A DNA stretch of 59,696 nucleotides from a virus. Taxonomy: Duplodnaviria; Caudoviricetes. This document shows positions 43,293 through 53,247 of this stretch, piece after piece (the first letter of the stretch is position 1; every line of letters starts with the position of its first letter). Under the pieces are notes generated by a model. It did no database searches. It was not told the origin of the DNA and saw nothing but the letters and a program-made list of their open reading frames with translations. A program made the translations under genes and the position numbers. Location: positions 1 to 59,696 of the IMG/VR virus record IMGVR_UViG_3300044831_000011; one strand, written 5' to 3'.

Positions 43293-43943
43293 TTACGCGC
43301 TTTTCCCTTTGCTGGTTGGCTTCGCTTCCGCTGGTGCAGTCTGATTGGCAAGCAACTGCTGGAGCAATTCGCCCTGCTCTTTCAGTTGGCGGCCCTGATC
43401 TTCAGCGAGCTTCTTCAGCACTGAAACATCTTCGCTGGGTTGCGCAATTGGGGTTGGAGTCGGCAGATTCGCAACAAGAGGCGGCAACATGCCAAGCTCT
43501 TTATACGCATGCACGGTAAAATCCGTGGGCCGTGTTCTCTGGAGTCCCATCGTGGCCCTCTGCTCGTTTGTTTCTTCCCATGTGCGCGTGACTTTCAGGC
43601 AGTGATCTAGCCACAATTTGCGGCCCTTTATCTGTGCTGACTCTTCGGAGTTGGCAACATAGACCTCGCTGGCGGCTTCATCGTCTGTCAGATTCAGGTC
43701 AATCATGACAATGCCCCGTGAGCCGTACAGATCAATTACCTCTTTCGGTAGTCCGACGAACTGCGATCCGCCTTGCGTTTTCATCTCTCGCGGGACTTCG
43801 AAGAATCCCTGCCTTGGGGCGTTCATGTCGAAGTATCCGACACAGTTAGAAACCCGCATATCTTCATCGGCTTTCGTGTAATTGAAGCGGCTTTTGATTG
43901 GGTCACCCGCGTTATAGAACCGGGCCATTTCCATTTTCGGCAT
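43293..43943 (-). CDS. Hypothetical virion-region protein
   Basis: ORF with AAGGA SD. Confidence 0.65.
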   Translation of the reverse strand: MPKMEMARFYNAGDPIKSRFNYTKADEDMRVSNCVGYFDMNAPRQGFFEVPREMKTQGGSQFVGLPKEVIDLYGSRGIVMIDLNLTDDEAASEVYVANSEESAQIKGRKLWLDHCLKVTRTWEETNEQRATMGLQRTRPTDFTVHAYKELGMLPPLVANLPTPTPIAQPSEDVSVLKKLAEDQGRQLKEQGELLQQLLANQTAPAEAKPTSKGKSA

Positions 43944-44006
43944 TGTGTTTTCCTTTTGTGGCGGTGAAGACGCTCACGCATGAGCGGCCCCGCGTTGGGA
44001 TTTGAG

Positions 44007-44474
44007 TTACTGGTTAACCTCTAGTGAATGCTGCTGAATGATATGCAGCATTTGGCCGAGCTGCCGCCGATTCGAGCGCGTGGCGTGGCGAGTGTTTGCG
44101 CGCCGCTCTGCCTTAAGATTTGCCTGATACGCTTCGTCTTTGTTGCGAAGATTCAAAAGGTGCTGGTCTAGCGCGCTGGCTGAATTCCAGAGGTCATTCT
44201 TGCGGAGCCAGTCGAGAACATCACGGCAAAGCGGCATGTAATCGCCGTTGTCTTCCTGCACCACTTTTACATTCGTGGTGGGACATTCAGGAGAGTGCGC
44301 GTGATTGGCAGTATGTTTTTCCCCGCCAACAGTGCAGCGGTCAATAATCCAGCGTTCGCGCACATGATTCCAATAAACGATTAGCGATGGATCAATATCC
44401 CGCAGGCCAGTGATGAACCAATCGGGAATTACTCTCTGCTGCGCAACGTGGTGAGGGATGATTAGATTGCTCAT
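44007..44474 (-). CDS. Hypothetical protein
   Basis: MSNLII start after the capsid terminator. Confidence 0.65.
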   Translation of the reverse strand: MSNLIIPHHVAQQRVIPDWFITGLRDIDPSLIVYWNHVRERWIIDRCTVGGEKHTANHAHSPECPTTNVKVVQEDNGDYMPLCRDVLDWLRKNDLWNSASALDQHLLNLRNKDEAYQANLKAERRANTRHATRSNRRQLGQMLHIIQQHSLEVNQ

Positions 44475-44486
44475 AAAATCCTGCTT

Positions 44487-44518
44487 AAAAGTCCGGGCCA
44501 CCAGTGAAGGCAGCCCGG
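44487..44518 (-). terminator. Terminator after the major capsid gene
   Basis: CCGGGCTGCC...GGTGGCCCGG-ACTTTT. Confidence 0.6.
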
Positions 44519-44544
44519 AGCAAGGGAGAGAATAGTTGACAGGT

Positions 44545-45789
44545 TTATTTCGCGTAGAAGTTCGCGACAGCGAGGCCCTGAATGCGGCCGAGGTTGTTGG
44601 GACGTGGATACACAAAGTTCCCCGTCTCAATTGCTACTGCTGTGTAAGCAGCGAAACCGGCAGACCATTTCAGCATCTGGCCTTCACGATCCATCCAGCC
44701 CAAAGGCTTGATGATTCCGTTCTGCACCAGCTTCATGGTCAGAGCAAAGATTGCAGCGGGAGGGCAGTCCACATCTTTCTTGAACGGCAACCCGTTGTAA
44801 TCGACTGACTGGAAACCCTTGTCCAGTGTGTCATTCATGAAACGCTTTTGCGCGTAACCGAGTGACACATAGGCATCCCACTGCGCTTGCCCAGTGCGGA
44901 ACTCTTCAATCGGGACAGAGGTTCCAGCATTGATTTCAACGCCGCTCAATACCTGCTGAAGATAGGACTCCTGTAAGCCGTTGCCAGCCGCATCCACCAC
45001 GTTCGATTTCAGGATGGAGAAAGTGCTGCGGCTCAATCCCTGGAACGTGCCGGTATCGTTGTTGGTGGCAGACCACAGGCCAACGTAAGTTTTGTTGACC
45101 TTGCCAGCACCACGGACGACCACATCGTTTGTGGTGGTAGCAGACGAAGCGGAGAGCACTACTGTGGCATTGCCGCCGCCAGAGCTGGGCGTGATTGAGT
45201 TGACCGTGTATCCGGCCCCTGCCGAGCGGCTGGTGGTCAACGTGGAATCGTAAATGTCAATCACATCATTGACCTGAATGTAGCGCGAACCGAATGCGCC
45301 AAATCCAGTGCCAACAAGCAGCGTCTGGGTTGCGGAAGTTGCGCCGGCGGAGATGGTAGACAAGATGCCCGAGCCATCCATGAAAGTGTCGATGTTCTGC
45401 ACCTTCAGGAAGTCCTCGATCATGTTGTTTACTTCGTCGTCCAGGTGGTTGATGAAAGCCCGGTCATTGCCTTCCGTGTTCTGGATGTCCTTTTCGAACA
45501 TCTTGATTGTGCCGGTGTACATGCGGTCGAACACCTGCCACTTTTGTTCGTTCTGCCGGGAAGATACGGCCAGGGCATCGTCTGATGCCTGGGATTGAAT
45601 CGCAGCGCGCGCACCACGAACCCTTGCGGGAAATTCGTAGTGGTCGCCGCCCAAGCGTGCGGAATCGGGAGCTTTGCTGAAGTCCTTCCGAGTAACCGCC
45701 GCCTTATTCTGCTGCTCGACAACGTATTGAGGGCCGTAGGTATTCTTGAGAATGCCGCCAATACGTGCGAGTGTTGCTGAATCGGCCAT
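44545..45789 (-). CDS. Major capsid protein
   Basis: 414 aa after the scaffold; LKNTYGP, YNGLPFKKDVDCP, PNNLGRI; AGGAG SD; downstream terminator. Confidence 0.8.
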   Translation of the reverse strand: MADSATLARIGGILKNTYGPQYVVEQQNKAAVTRKDFSKAPDSARLGGDHYEFPARVRGARAAIQSQASDDALAVSSRQNEQKWQVFDRMYTGTIKMFEKDIQNTEGNDRAFINHLDDEVNNMIEDFLKVQNIDTFMDGSGILSTISAGATSATQTLLVGTGFGAFGSRYIQVNDVIDIYDSTLTTSRSAGAGYTVNSITPSSGGGNATVVLSASSATTTNDVVVRGAGKVNKTYVGLWSATNNDTGTFQGLSRSTFSILKSNVVDAAGNGLQESYLQQVLSGVEINAGTSVPIEEFRTGQAQWDAYVSLGYAQKRFMNDTLDKGFQSVDYNGLPFKKDVDCPPAAIFALTMKLVQNGIIKPLGWMDREGQMLKWSAGFAAYTAVAIETGNFVYPRPNNLGRIQGLAVANFYAK

Positions 45790-45926
45790 GGTGTGGCTCC
45801 TGTTTGGAATAGCCGTCAACGTGACGGCGGTTCTCACCAGGGACTTGTGCCGATCCTTAGGCCCGGTCTAAACCGTAAGCCCGAATACGCTTGGTCGCTG
45901 TTGGAAACTGGTATTGCTAAAACTTT

Positions 45927-46166
45927 TTAGTTCACTGACAAAATGCGAAAGAGTGAGCGTTCAATGAGCCCATAGGCCAAATTAAACGCATCTATAAAGG
46001 TTTTGCAGGTATGCGAACGCCCTTCATAGCGGAAAACAAAACATCCTGCGACCGTACGAATTTTTATTGGCCCACCCACACGCTCAAGCATTGCTGCTTT
46101 TTGATGGGCTGGACGGCCAATGAAAACATCGCGCACAAATTGTCTTTCCATGCCAATGAGTGTCAT
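45927..46166 (-). CDS. Hypothetical protein
   Basis: ORF with upstream GGGGA. Confidence 0.4.
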   Translation of the reverse strand: MTLIGMERQFVRDVFIGRPAHQKAAMLERVGGPIKIRTVAGCFVFRYEGRSHTCKTFIDAFNLAYGLIERSLFRILSVN

Positions 46167-46177
46167 CGCTTATCCCC

Positions 46178-47236
46178 TTAGCTGCTCTGGTAACTTGCCA
46201 GCATCTTTGCTCGACGCTTTTCCGGGTCCATCTCAACCAGTGATGTTTCAGGCTCAGTCGTGCTGGCTGGCGTAGTGCCGCCTGTTACCTGTGTCGGAAT
46301 GGTGGCCTGCTTCGCTTTCTTCGCGGCAATCATGCGGTCAATGCGCGCCTTGAATAGCGTGGCTTCCTGATTGCGTGCCGCCAAAAGTGCTTTGTTGACT
46401 TGCGAGAAATCGCCCTTTTCGGCGGCTTCCACGATCTTCATGGTGCTATCTGCGCCGAGCTGCGCACCGATGACGGTCAACAGCCGTTCGCCTTCACCAT
46501 CAAGCCATGTTCCCTTGAGCGAGGTATTGATGCTCTCCAGAACTTTGGTTCGGGCTTCGCCAATCCGCTTTGTGGTCTGGGCCTGTACCTCTGCCGTTTT
46601 CCTGTCAGCGGCTTCTTTCTCAAGTGTGGCAATGCGCTTCTGTTCCGGTGTCTGCTGCACTCCTGCTGCGGCTGCGGCAAGTTGCTGGCCTGTCTCTTGC
46701 TCATAGAACGCCTTGAAGTCGCCAAGGATCTTCTGAAATGTTGCCGGGTCAGCGGCTTTCGCGGCAATCAGGATTTCTGATACGTTGGCTTTTCCTTCGC
46801 TGATTTTCCAGAGCACATCTGCGTCTGCAATCGCGTTGGCAATGGCTGCGTTTTTGTCTGTTGCGCCCTTGATGTAATCAGAGGCTTCGATAAAGCCTTT
46901 GACCGCCGTTTCCGCCGCGACAAGCTCCTGCACGCGAGGATTGTCTTTTAGTGCGGCCAGTGGATCGTTCGGGTCGACTGCTGGCGGTGCTGCGGCGACT
47001 GGTGCTTTGAGGTCATCGCCCAGAAGATCGGTCAGGCCTTCGAGATCGCCAGCGGCAACAGGAGCATCTGCCGGTGGAGTTGCCGCCGCTGCGGGAGTGC
47101 TGGGGGTCGCAGGGGTTGAAGGTGCAGCCGCCGGAGGCGTTACGGGCGTGGGCTCAGTCTTCGCCGGTGCGCTGGCATCCCATGCCGCTGCTGCTGCGTC
47201 AGAACTTGGAATTGCTGGAGTTGTCGGAGTGCTCAT
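46178..47236 (-). CDS. Scaffolding protein
   Basis: Disordered Pro/Ala N-terminus, coiled coil; between portal and capsid genes. Confidence 0.7.
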   Translation of the reverse strand: MSTPTTPAIPSSDAAAAAWDASAPAKTEPTPVTPPAAAPSTPATPSTPAAAATPPADAPVAAGDLEGLTDLLGDDLKAPVAAAPPAVDPNDPLAALKDNPRVQELVAAETAVKGFIEASDYIKGATDKNAAIANAIADADVLWKISEGKANVSEILIAAKAADPATFQKILGDFKAFYEQETGQQLAAAAAGVQQTPEQKRIATLEKEAADRKTAEVQAQTTKRIGEARTKVLESINTSLKGTWLDGEGERLLTVIGAQLGADSTMKIVEAAEKGDFSQVNKALLAARNQEATLFKARIDRMIAAKKAKQATIPTQVTGGTTPASTTEPETSLVEMDPEKRRAKMLASYQSS

Positions 47237-47322
47237 AGATTGTCTTATCCTTTTCGCGGAAACGTAAAAGGCTGGACTAATCCAGCCTCCATTTCGCTAT
47301 TTTGGTGTGAGTGATTTTCGGT

Positions 47323-47658
47323 TTACAGAACGCCTTCAACTTGGGCGTAGAGCTTCAATGCGCTTGCATCTCCGTTGTTTGCGAGCTGCACCGCGCCGGA
47401 GGTGTAGAGTAAAACTTTGCCGTTTGCCCGGTCGTAGGCAATATCAGAAATTGCGGCCGTGATGGCAGGCCCAAGACACAGCGGAACAAATTTGCGAATC
47501 CGCGAGAAACCGAACAATGCCGGAGTGATTGCATAGCCGCCCGTTGGATATGCGTTATCGAGCTGAATTTCGGCGATGCCCGCGAAGTAAGCGCCGGGCG
47601 ATTCTTTCACTCCGGCTGCGGTATTTTGTGAGTCCTGAAAAGTTGCTGTGATTGCCAC
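47323..47658 (-). CDS. Capsid decoration-like protein
   Basis: YPTGGY motif; followed by a terminator at about 47266-47289. Confidence 0.55.
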   Translation of the reverse strand: MAITATFQDSQNTAAGVKESPGAYFAGIAEIQLDNAYPTGGYAITPALFGFSRIRKFVPLCLGPAITAAISDIAYDRANGKVLLYTSGAVQLANNGDASALKLYAQVEGVL

Positions 47659-47659
47659 G

Positions 47660-47860
47660 TTATTTCTCCTGTGCCGGAGTACCGGCTGTGTTTCCGGCTA
47701 TGCCGGAGAAAGATTTGTGCTGATTCATGATCGCGAGGATGCGCCAGAACGTTTGGGGATCGCGGCCTACATACTGCGGTGGCAGATCAAGCCATATCGA
47801 CAATGCGACGATGGCCGCACCTGCCAATAGAGTTCCGGACACAATCAGAAACGTTATCAT
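47660..47860 (-). CDS. Small membrane protein
   Basis: N-terminal TM; coupled. Confidence 0.45.
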   Translation of the reverse strand: MITFLIVSGTLLAGAAIVALSIWLDLPPQYVGRDPQTFWRILAIMNQHKSFSGIAGNTAGTPAQEK

Positions 47861-50154
47861 GCCGCTCCTGGTGTTGCGTTCTGCGCGAACTGCGCGCCCT
47901 GCTTTGCTGCTGCGCCTTCTACGTTGGCTGGGCTATCGCTTGCACCCGGTACGCCGTTCAATGGATTGCCCGCGCCCGGTTGTCCGCCTCCTGCCATCGC
48001 TGCCGCCATCTGCTTATTGAGTAATTGCGGATCAGGCGGTACACCCTGCGTTATGGCCGCCAACTTGTCTGAGCAATACTGGAAATACATCAAAAGGCCT
48101 TGCTGAATTGGCGAATCAAGCCCTCTAAACTCTTCCGTGAGCTGATAATTACCCAGCCCTTTGACCCAAATATCCCACTTCTGCGAAGGAACTTCAGAGG
48201 GAGTTTGCCCCAGCTTCAGAATCTCTAAATCGACATCGAATTTCGCATAGTTGTAGTGATTCGCCTTGTTCAGATCGTTCAAATTCAGCGCAGAGAGCAC
48301 ATAATCCTGATTTACCGGGTCCTGCATGTCCACAATGCCGCTCTGGGCTGCTGTGGTGATGGCTTGCAACTTTTCTGACTGAGTTTTGGGCCGCGAGGAG
48401 TCTTTGACCGCTGAAATCCCGTAATTTCCCGCTAAATCCTTACCAAAAAGCTCTTTCATTCCCAGCTTGCCGTTAAAGCCGGAGACTTTGGCCTTGCGTG
48501 GCTCATCCCAGACCTTCTGCGCCATTATCAGGAGCTTTTCTTTCCGTAAAGTGTGCGCCTGTTCCCAGAGAAACCGCTGAGTGCCGATAGATTCCTCTTG
48601 TTTCGCGCCCAAATAGGCGATGCCACGAAAAGATTTCACGCCTGACGGTGCATCTCCTGTGCCTACGCCTTCGGTGTAGCCCAAGCGGTCAAAATCGCTG
48701 AGGATTTGCTGGCGACGGGCCGGAAGTGCAGGGCCATAAGGATTCGGCAGAACGAAGTGCGGAGCTACTTTGCCGTCGCCCTGATTGTCAAAATAGATGT
48801 GGTCATGTGGTGAGCCTGTGATTGGAGTCATGCTGCCCACCTGAGTGCGCGGGATGATCCATTTGCCCACTGAATTTGTCATTGCAGACAATTCCATGAG
48901 GCTATCCAAGCGATTCAGTTGCTTTTGCAGTGGCACCAGGCGCGCACCCTGCCCAATTGGATACGGTGAAGCAGGGTCTTTCTCCCACGGAAAGAACGTA
49001 AAGCACTTTTTCCCGTCCCATGGGTTCTCAGATTTGGCCAGCGTCTTGCCATTGACGAAAATAAAGTAAATTCCATACTGCTGGGCAGCCTGAAATTTGC
49101 TCAACTGCTCATAACCGATGACCTGTGAAGGTTCGCTCTGCCATTCTGCTTCGATTGCTTCTTGCACGTCTTCGTCAAGCTCTGCCCAATCGCTCCAGAT
49201 TTCCGTGAACGTCACCAGATCAGAGTGCTCCTGCCCAGACATCACCAGAGATTGCAGAGCGTCAGCGTAATACTGCGGGATGTCGCGGGATGAATCCGTG
49301 GGAAGTTCGCCAGCATCGGGAAATAAGCTCTTGGCCTTGTTCTTTGAGCGCCGGAAGCGGTGCGTGAGGATTGGCGTTAGGTTGGCATCGCGGCAATCGC
49401 GCGGCAGGTAAATCTCAAATATCTTCACCACTTCAGAATTTAGCTTGCCCTTGGGGAAACTCTGCATGTCGCCTGCCTGTGGCTCCATCAGGTTCTCTGT
49501 GCTCATCGGAGCATTGCACTGTGGGCAAGGTGCTTGCGGTGCAGGCGGCTCCATCGTGGGCAAGCTGGGCTGCTGTGGCTGCTGGCCTATCGCCATATAG
49601 CCGCACGACTGGCAGACGTTCACATTGGATGTCTGCATATCCATGCCCGGAATCTGCGAAACTCCAGTGGCCAGCGAAGTGTCTACCGTGTCCTTTACGC
49701 AGCCCATACCCCAGAGCGTCGTATGTTTCGCCAGAATCGGATTCAGCACATCCATGCCGGTTTCTTTGTCCAACTCTTCCATGATGGATTCGGCGGCTTC
49801 GGCTGCCCTGCGGTTTACTGTGTCCGTATCGTCTGGCGTGGCTTCGATCTCTGGGATGGCAGCGCCTAAAGAGTTGGCATTCGCGTTGATCGTCTTTGAG
49901 AAGTAATCTGAGACGGGCATCGGCACGGGTTTTTTGGGATCCTGCGGGATCTGCTCCCATTTGCCAGAACTATTCAGGCGGTTCCATTGCTTCATCTGGT
50001 AGACAAGTGCCTGCTGATACCACTCGCGATCTTCAGCAAAGCGGTTGCGAGAGTCACGCTCGTAAATCTTCTCGCCAAATGAGCGCAGCATTTTATCCAG
50101 AGGGCTTTCCATCTGGACTGGATTCTGATTTTTTGCTACTGAGGCAGTGGCCAT
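47857..50154 (-). CDS. Portal protein (with inserted CxxC...CxxC)
   Basis: 765 aa; P22-like portal features LVPLQKQLNRL and SFRGI; position. Confidence 0.8.
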   Translation of the reverse strand: MATASVAKNQNPVQMESPLDKMLRSFGEKIYERDSRNRFAEDREWYQQALVYQMKQWNRLNSSGKWEQIPQDPKKPVPMPVSDYFSKTINANANSLGAAIPEIEATPDDTDTVNRRAAEAAESIMEELDKETGMDVLNPILAKHTTLWGMGCVKDTVDTSLATGVSQIPGMDMQTSNVNVCQSCGYMAIGQQPQQPSLPTMEPPAPQAPCPQCNAPMSTENLMEPQAGDMQSFPKGKLNSEVVKIFEIYLPRDCRDANLTPILTHRFRRSKNKAKSLFPDAGELPTDSSRDIPQYYADALQSLVMSGQEHSDLVTFTEIWSDWAELDEDVQEAIEAEWQSEPSQVIGYEQLSKFQAAQQYGIYFIFVNGKTLAKSENPWDGKKCFTFFPWEKDPASPYPIGQGARLVPLQKQLNRLDSLMELSAMTNSVGKWIIPRTQVGSMTPITGSPHDHIYFDNQGDGKVAPHFVLPNPYGPALPARRQQILSDFDRLGYTEGVGTGDAPSGVKSFRGIAYLGAKQEESIGTQRFLWEQAHTLRKEKLLIMAQKVWDEPRKAKVSGFNGKLGMKELFGKDLAGNYGISAVKDSSRPKTQSEKLQAITTAAQSGIVDMQDPVNQDYVLSALNLNDLNKANHYNYAKFDVDLEILKLGQTPSEVPSQKWDIWVKGLGNYQLTEEFRGLDSPIQQGLLMYFQYCSDKLAAITQGVPPDPQLLNKQMAAAMAGGGQPGAGNPLNGVPGASDSPANVEGAAAKQGAQFAQNATPGAA

Positions 50155-50163
50155 TTTATAGAG

Positions 50164-50505
50164 TTACTGTGTTGCCCTAACCTGATTGATAAACGCCTCA
50201 TCGTCATGCGCCTGCACGTCCATCAGTGAATCCAGTGGCAGTACCGGGCTCATCTTGTCATCCGTGTTGTGCTCCGAAGACAGATGCACCGTTTCAAACT
50301 TGGACTGGATTACCATGCCGATCTGCTCATCTTTGCGCTCAAGCTGGCGCGATAGACGGGCTTCGCGCAACCGGGCTTCCTTCAACTGCTCAAGCAGGAC
50401 GGTGCATGTCTGGCAATTAAGCACTGGCGCTGCCTTTTGCTGCGTGTTCGGCAACTGCGCTTTGGTGCCGCCGAATCGCTTTAACAAATCCATGAGCTTT
50501 GACAT
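50164..50505 (-). CDS. Hypothetical coiled-coil protein
   Basis: CQTC and coiled coil. Confidence 0.6.
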   Translation of the reverse strand: MSKLMDLLKRFGGTKAQLPNTQQKAAPVLNCQTCTVLLEQLKEARLREARLSRQLERKDEQIGMVIQSKFETVHLSSEHNTDDKMSPVLPLDSLMDVQAHDDEAFINQVRATQ

Positions 50506-50722
50506 GTTCTATTCCTATCGCTACGCCGTCTTTAACCCAGAGGTTAGGAGTGTCCGCGTGCTGCTCGAATCCAGCTGCTTTCATCTGCTCCGTAACTTCC
50601 GCGTGCTTCTTGGCAAACGCTTCTTTGCAGTCATCACCACAGAACAGCCCAGCCATTGGCTTGCGAGTATAAGAACGGCCACAATGGGTACACCGTAACG
50701 GCGCTTTTCGTTTCGAAGACAT

Positions 50723-50980
50723 TTAGCGGTAGAATCCCAAGCCATTAACGCCAAGCGGGCGCGGGGCATTGGGAATACAGAGCGGGACTGGCACGAATAT
50801 CTTCTCTGCCATTTGAGGATTCTTTCCGGCCAGCAATTGATCTACTACTCTGCGGGCCGATGCCTTCCACTGCCGGTTAGTGGTGCACATCTTAAAGTCT
50901 TTCGAGAAATGGGATTTGCGCACACGGGCGGCAAGCTCATGACGAACCCGCCGCCGTTCGCGCTTCTCTTCTTTGGTCAT
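50723..50980 (-). CDS. Basic hypothetical protein
   Basis: Coupled ORF. Confidence 0.5.
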   Translation of the reverse strand: MTKEEKRERRRVRHELAARVRKSHFSKDFKMCTTNRQWKASARRVVDQLLAGKNPQMAEKIFVPVPLCIPNAPRPLGVNGLGFYR

Positions 50981-51258
50981 TAAGCCACCGGCACCACAGG
51001 TGCAACAGCGACAGGCTTTGAAGTGTCTGCCGGCTGAAATGCCAGGGGTTGATGGTTGTCGCCCACGGCTGTTTCGCCGGCTGGATGCGCAACGATCACC
51101 GGCTTGGGCGGTAGGATTTCCAGCAGTTCATCCACCGTGAGCGTCACGGTTCCGCTGTTGTGCCGTGCGTCTTTGGCCTTCTCGTGCAATTCAAAAAGGC
51201 GTGCATCGGTTAATACCTTGGGTTTGGCTGGCTGGTTGTCGAGGACTGTATCGGTCAT
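50980..51258 (-). CDS. Hypothetical protein
   Basis: AAGGAG SD. Confidence 0.6.
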   Translation of the reverse strand: MTDTVLDNQPAKPKVLTDARLFELHEKAKDARHNSGTVTLTVDELLEILPPKPVIVAHPAGETAVGDNHQPLAFQPADTSKPVAVAPVVPVA

Positions 51259-51360
51259 AAAATCTCCTTTTAAAAAGTTTCGGTTTGACTAGAGGCTGGC
51301 GTATAGGAATTGAGCGGTAAAGCCAAGCATAGAATCAGACGGCGGCACATCGCTGAAAGT

Positions 51361-52926
51361 CTAATTTCCGTTTCGGCCCCAAACATCAAGGCGTGTTCCA
51401 GCAGAAAAGGTTGTTGCCGCGAGGGCAGTAGTTGCCAAAGTTGCATACACGCCAAGAGTGAACTGTTGGAGCGGAGCGTTTGTGGAAAGATCGGAAAACC
51501 AGCCGACACCTTGAAAAATTGTAGGAGCAGCCGACACTGAAGGATTCCCTTCGAGGCCGTTAATGTTGATGCTCTTAAGGCTGCCCGATGCTCCGTCAAT
51601 CATGATCCAGCCATCGCGGGCGATTGCCGTTACCGTAATCGCGAGCGGTATCCCTGGAATGCTTACGGCAGCGGTGGATACGTCCGTTGCGGTCGCCGTG
51701 GTGACTTCGCGCAAACCTGAGCCATTGGTCCCAGCGGTCGTGCTCGGCGTGCCCGGTCCCATGAGTAAACGTCCCACTGCGCCAGCACTGTAGCCCACGA
51801 TCAGGTAATGGATCATGAACTCGCGGCAGGTTGTGCCGTTGCAGCAAGTCGCGGCGTTAACCGGGGTAAGTTCATTTACAGCACCATTGGTCGTTCCACA
51901 GAAAGCCCAATTGATTGCCCCAGCAGCCATAGTTGCCTGAGTGACGCTCGTACAGGTTGGAGCCGCGTCAGCATTCAATGTGCTGGCAAATTGGTTGGTA
52001 CACGCGCCGGTGCCGCTTGCCGCTCCTGTGCTGGCTACCTCATCCGTGCCGTTCCATTTGAAATAGCCGCCCGTGGTAGAAGGATGCGCGATTCGCTGCC
52101 ACGTCGGAGTAGCGCCGATAGCAAACAGGCCATCCCCGCGTATAGGAGCAGCAGCCGTGGTGTCTGAGTGTGTGGCGGAAAGCAGCGCGTGAGCTGTCGG
52201 CGCGAAGGTGGTTGGCACGCTCGTAAGCTGCCCATAGCCAACCTGGGCGCACGTCAGATTGCCGCTGGCATCAATTGCATCCGCGTATTGGTTTGCCGAG
52301 CAGTCTGTCGGATTGGTCGCAAGGGCCGTGGCTGTCGCCGCGTTGCCTGTGGTATTGGCTGCGTTGTTCGGTATGTCGCCAGAGGCTAGATTTGTGCCTG
52401 ACGTGACTAACCCCTTGGCGTTAAATGTAACCTTCGGGCTGGTTCCCGGCGTGGCCACGGTTGCCAAAGTGAACGCTAGTGCTCCGCCCGCCGTTGTGCC
52501 ATCCCCGGTCAATGCTGGGAAAGAAGATGCCTTGAGCAAGCCCGTAATGTCTGCGCTTGAAACGTCAACGGTCTTCGCTGCACCATCCTGTACGCCTGCG
52601 GTTATATGCGTAAAGCCTGTACCTGTCGGAACTACACCGCCACTCCCACCTGTCCCGTTTACTTTGAACCATGAGCCCAGCAGGCAGTCGTAAAAGTCAC
52701 CAGTCGTATCGTCTTCTGCCACGTTGAACGAAAAGCAAGATCCTGTCGGCACGCCATTGAAATGCACCAGCACAGCGTTACCGCTTGCCTTAAATCCCTG
52801 AGCCCAGCCATGGCCATGGAGAAATAAAAGCAACAGCAAGAGCACAGCCAGGCAGCGCAACACGAGGCTTACCGTATCGCTGGTCTTTGTGTCCTTCTGT
52901 GGCGGATGTGAGTGATTGGAGAGCAT
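51361..52926 (-). CDS. Fibre-like Gly/Ala/Thr-rich protein with a signal peptide
   Basis: LAVLLLLLLFLHGHGWA-Q; KVTFNAKGLVTSG and GNAATATALA fibre motifs. Confidence 0.65.
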   Translation of the reverse strand: MLSNHSHPPQKDTKTSDTVSLVLRCLAVLLLLLLFLHGHGWAQGFKASGNAVLVHFNGVPTGSCFSFNVAEDDTTGDFYDCLLGSWFKVNGTGGSGGVVPTGTGFTHITAGVQDGAAKTVDVSSADITGLLKASSFPALTGDGTTAGGALAFTLATVATPGTSPKVTFNAKGLVTSGTNLASGDIPNNAANTTGNAATATALATNPTDCSANQYADAIDASGNLTCAQVGYGQLTSVPTTFAPTAHALLSATHSDTTAAAPIRGDGLFAIGATPTWQRIAHPSTTGGYFKWNGTDEVASTGAASGTGACTNQFASTLNADAAPTCTSVTQATMAAGAINWAFCGTTNGAVNELTPVNAATCCNGTTCREFMIHYLIVGYSAGAVGRLLMGPGTPSTTAGTNGSGLREVTTATATDVSTAAVSIPGIPLAITVTAIARDGWIMIDGASGSLKSININGLEGNPSVSAAPTIFQGVGWFSDLSTNAPLQQFTLGVYATLATTALAATTFSAGTRLDVWGRNGN

Positions 52927-53247
52927 TTATCTGGTTGAAACGATGAGCGCGCTTGGCGAGCCTGAAGCCGCTTTCAGAGAGCAAACGGCATTGCCAGACT
53001 GAAATCTTGCTGGACTGAAAGCCCTTGGTCGTGGACCGCCGATTTCAAACTGCTGGCCGGGGCCGATTGTCACTTCTGAGTTTGCATTTGCAGGGTCACT
53101 GCGCAGAGCCATTGCTATTGCCGATGGATTGATGATTACCACCGTATTGCAGTCGATTGGCACAAACGAATCTGCTACATCCGTAAATACCGATGAACTC
53201 ACAGGCAGCACGCGAACCGCGAAATTCTCTTCCCAGACTCTAGCCAT
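52927..53247 (-). CDS. Hypothetical beta-rich protein
   Basis: Coupled ORF. Confidence 0.6.
   Translation of the reverse strand: MARVWEENFAVRVLPVSSSVFTDVADSFVPIDCNTVVIINPSAIAMALRSDPANANSEVTIGPGQQFEIGGPRPRAFSPARFQSGNAVCSLKAASGSPSALIVSTR

Noticed and set aside
45682-45689. Third GGAAGGAC D-loop
   Set aside because: Inside the capsid gene, with no flanking stem and no TATCAAG arm.
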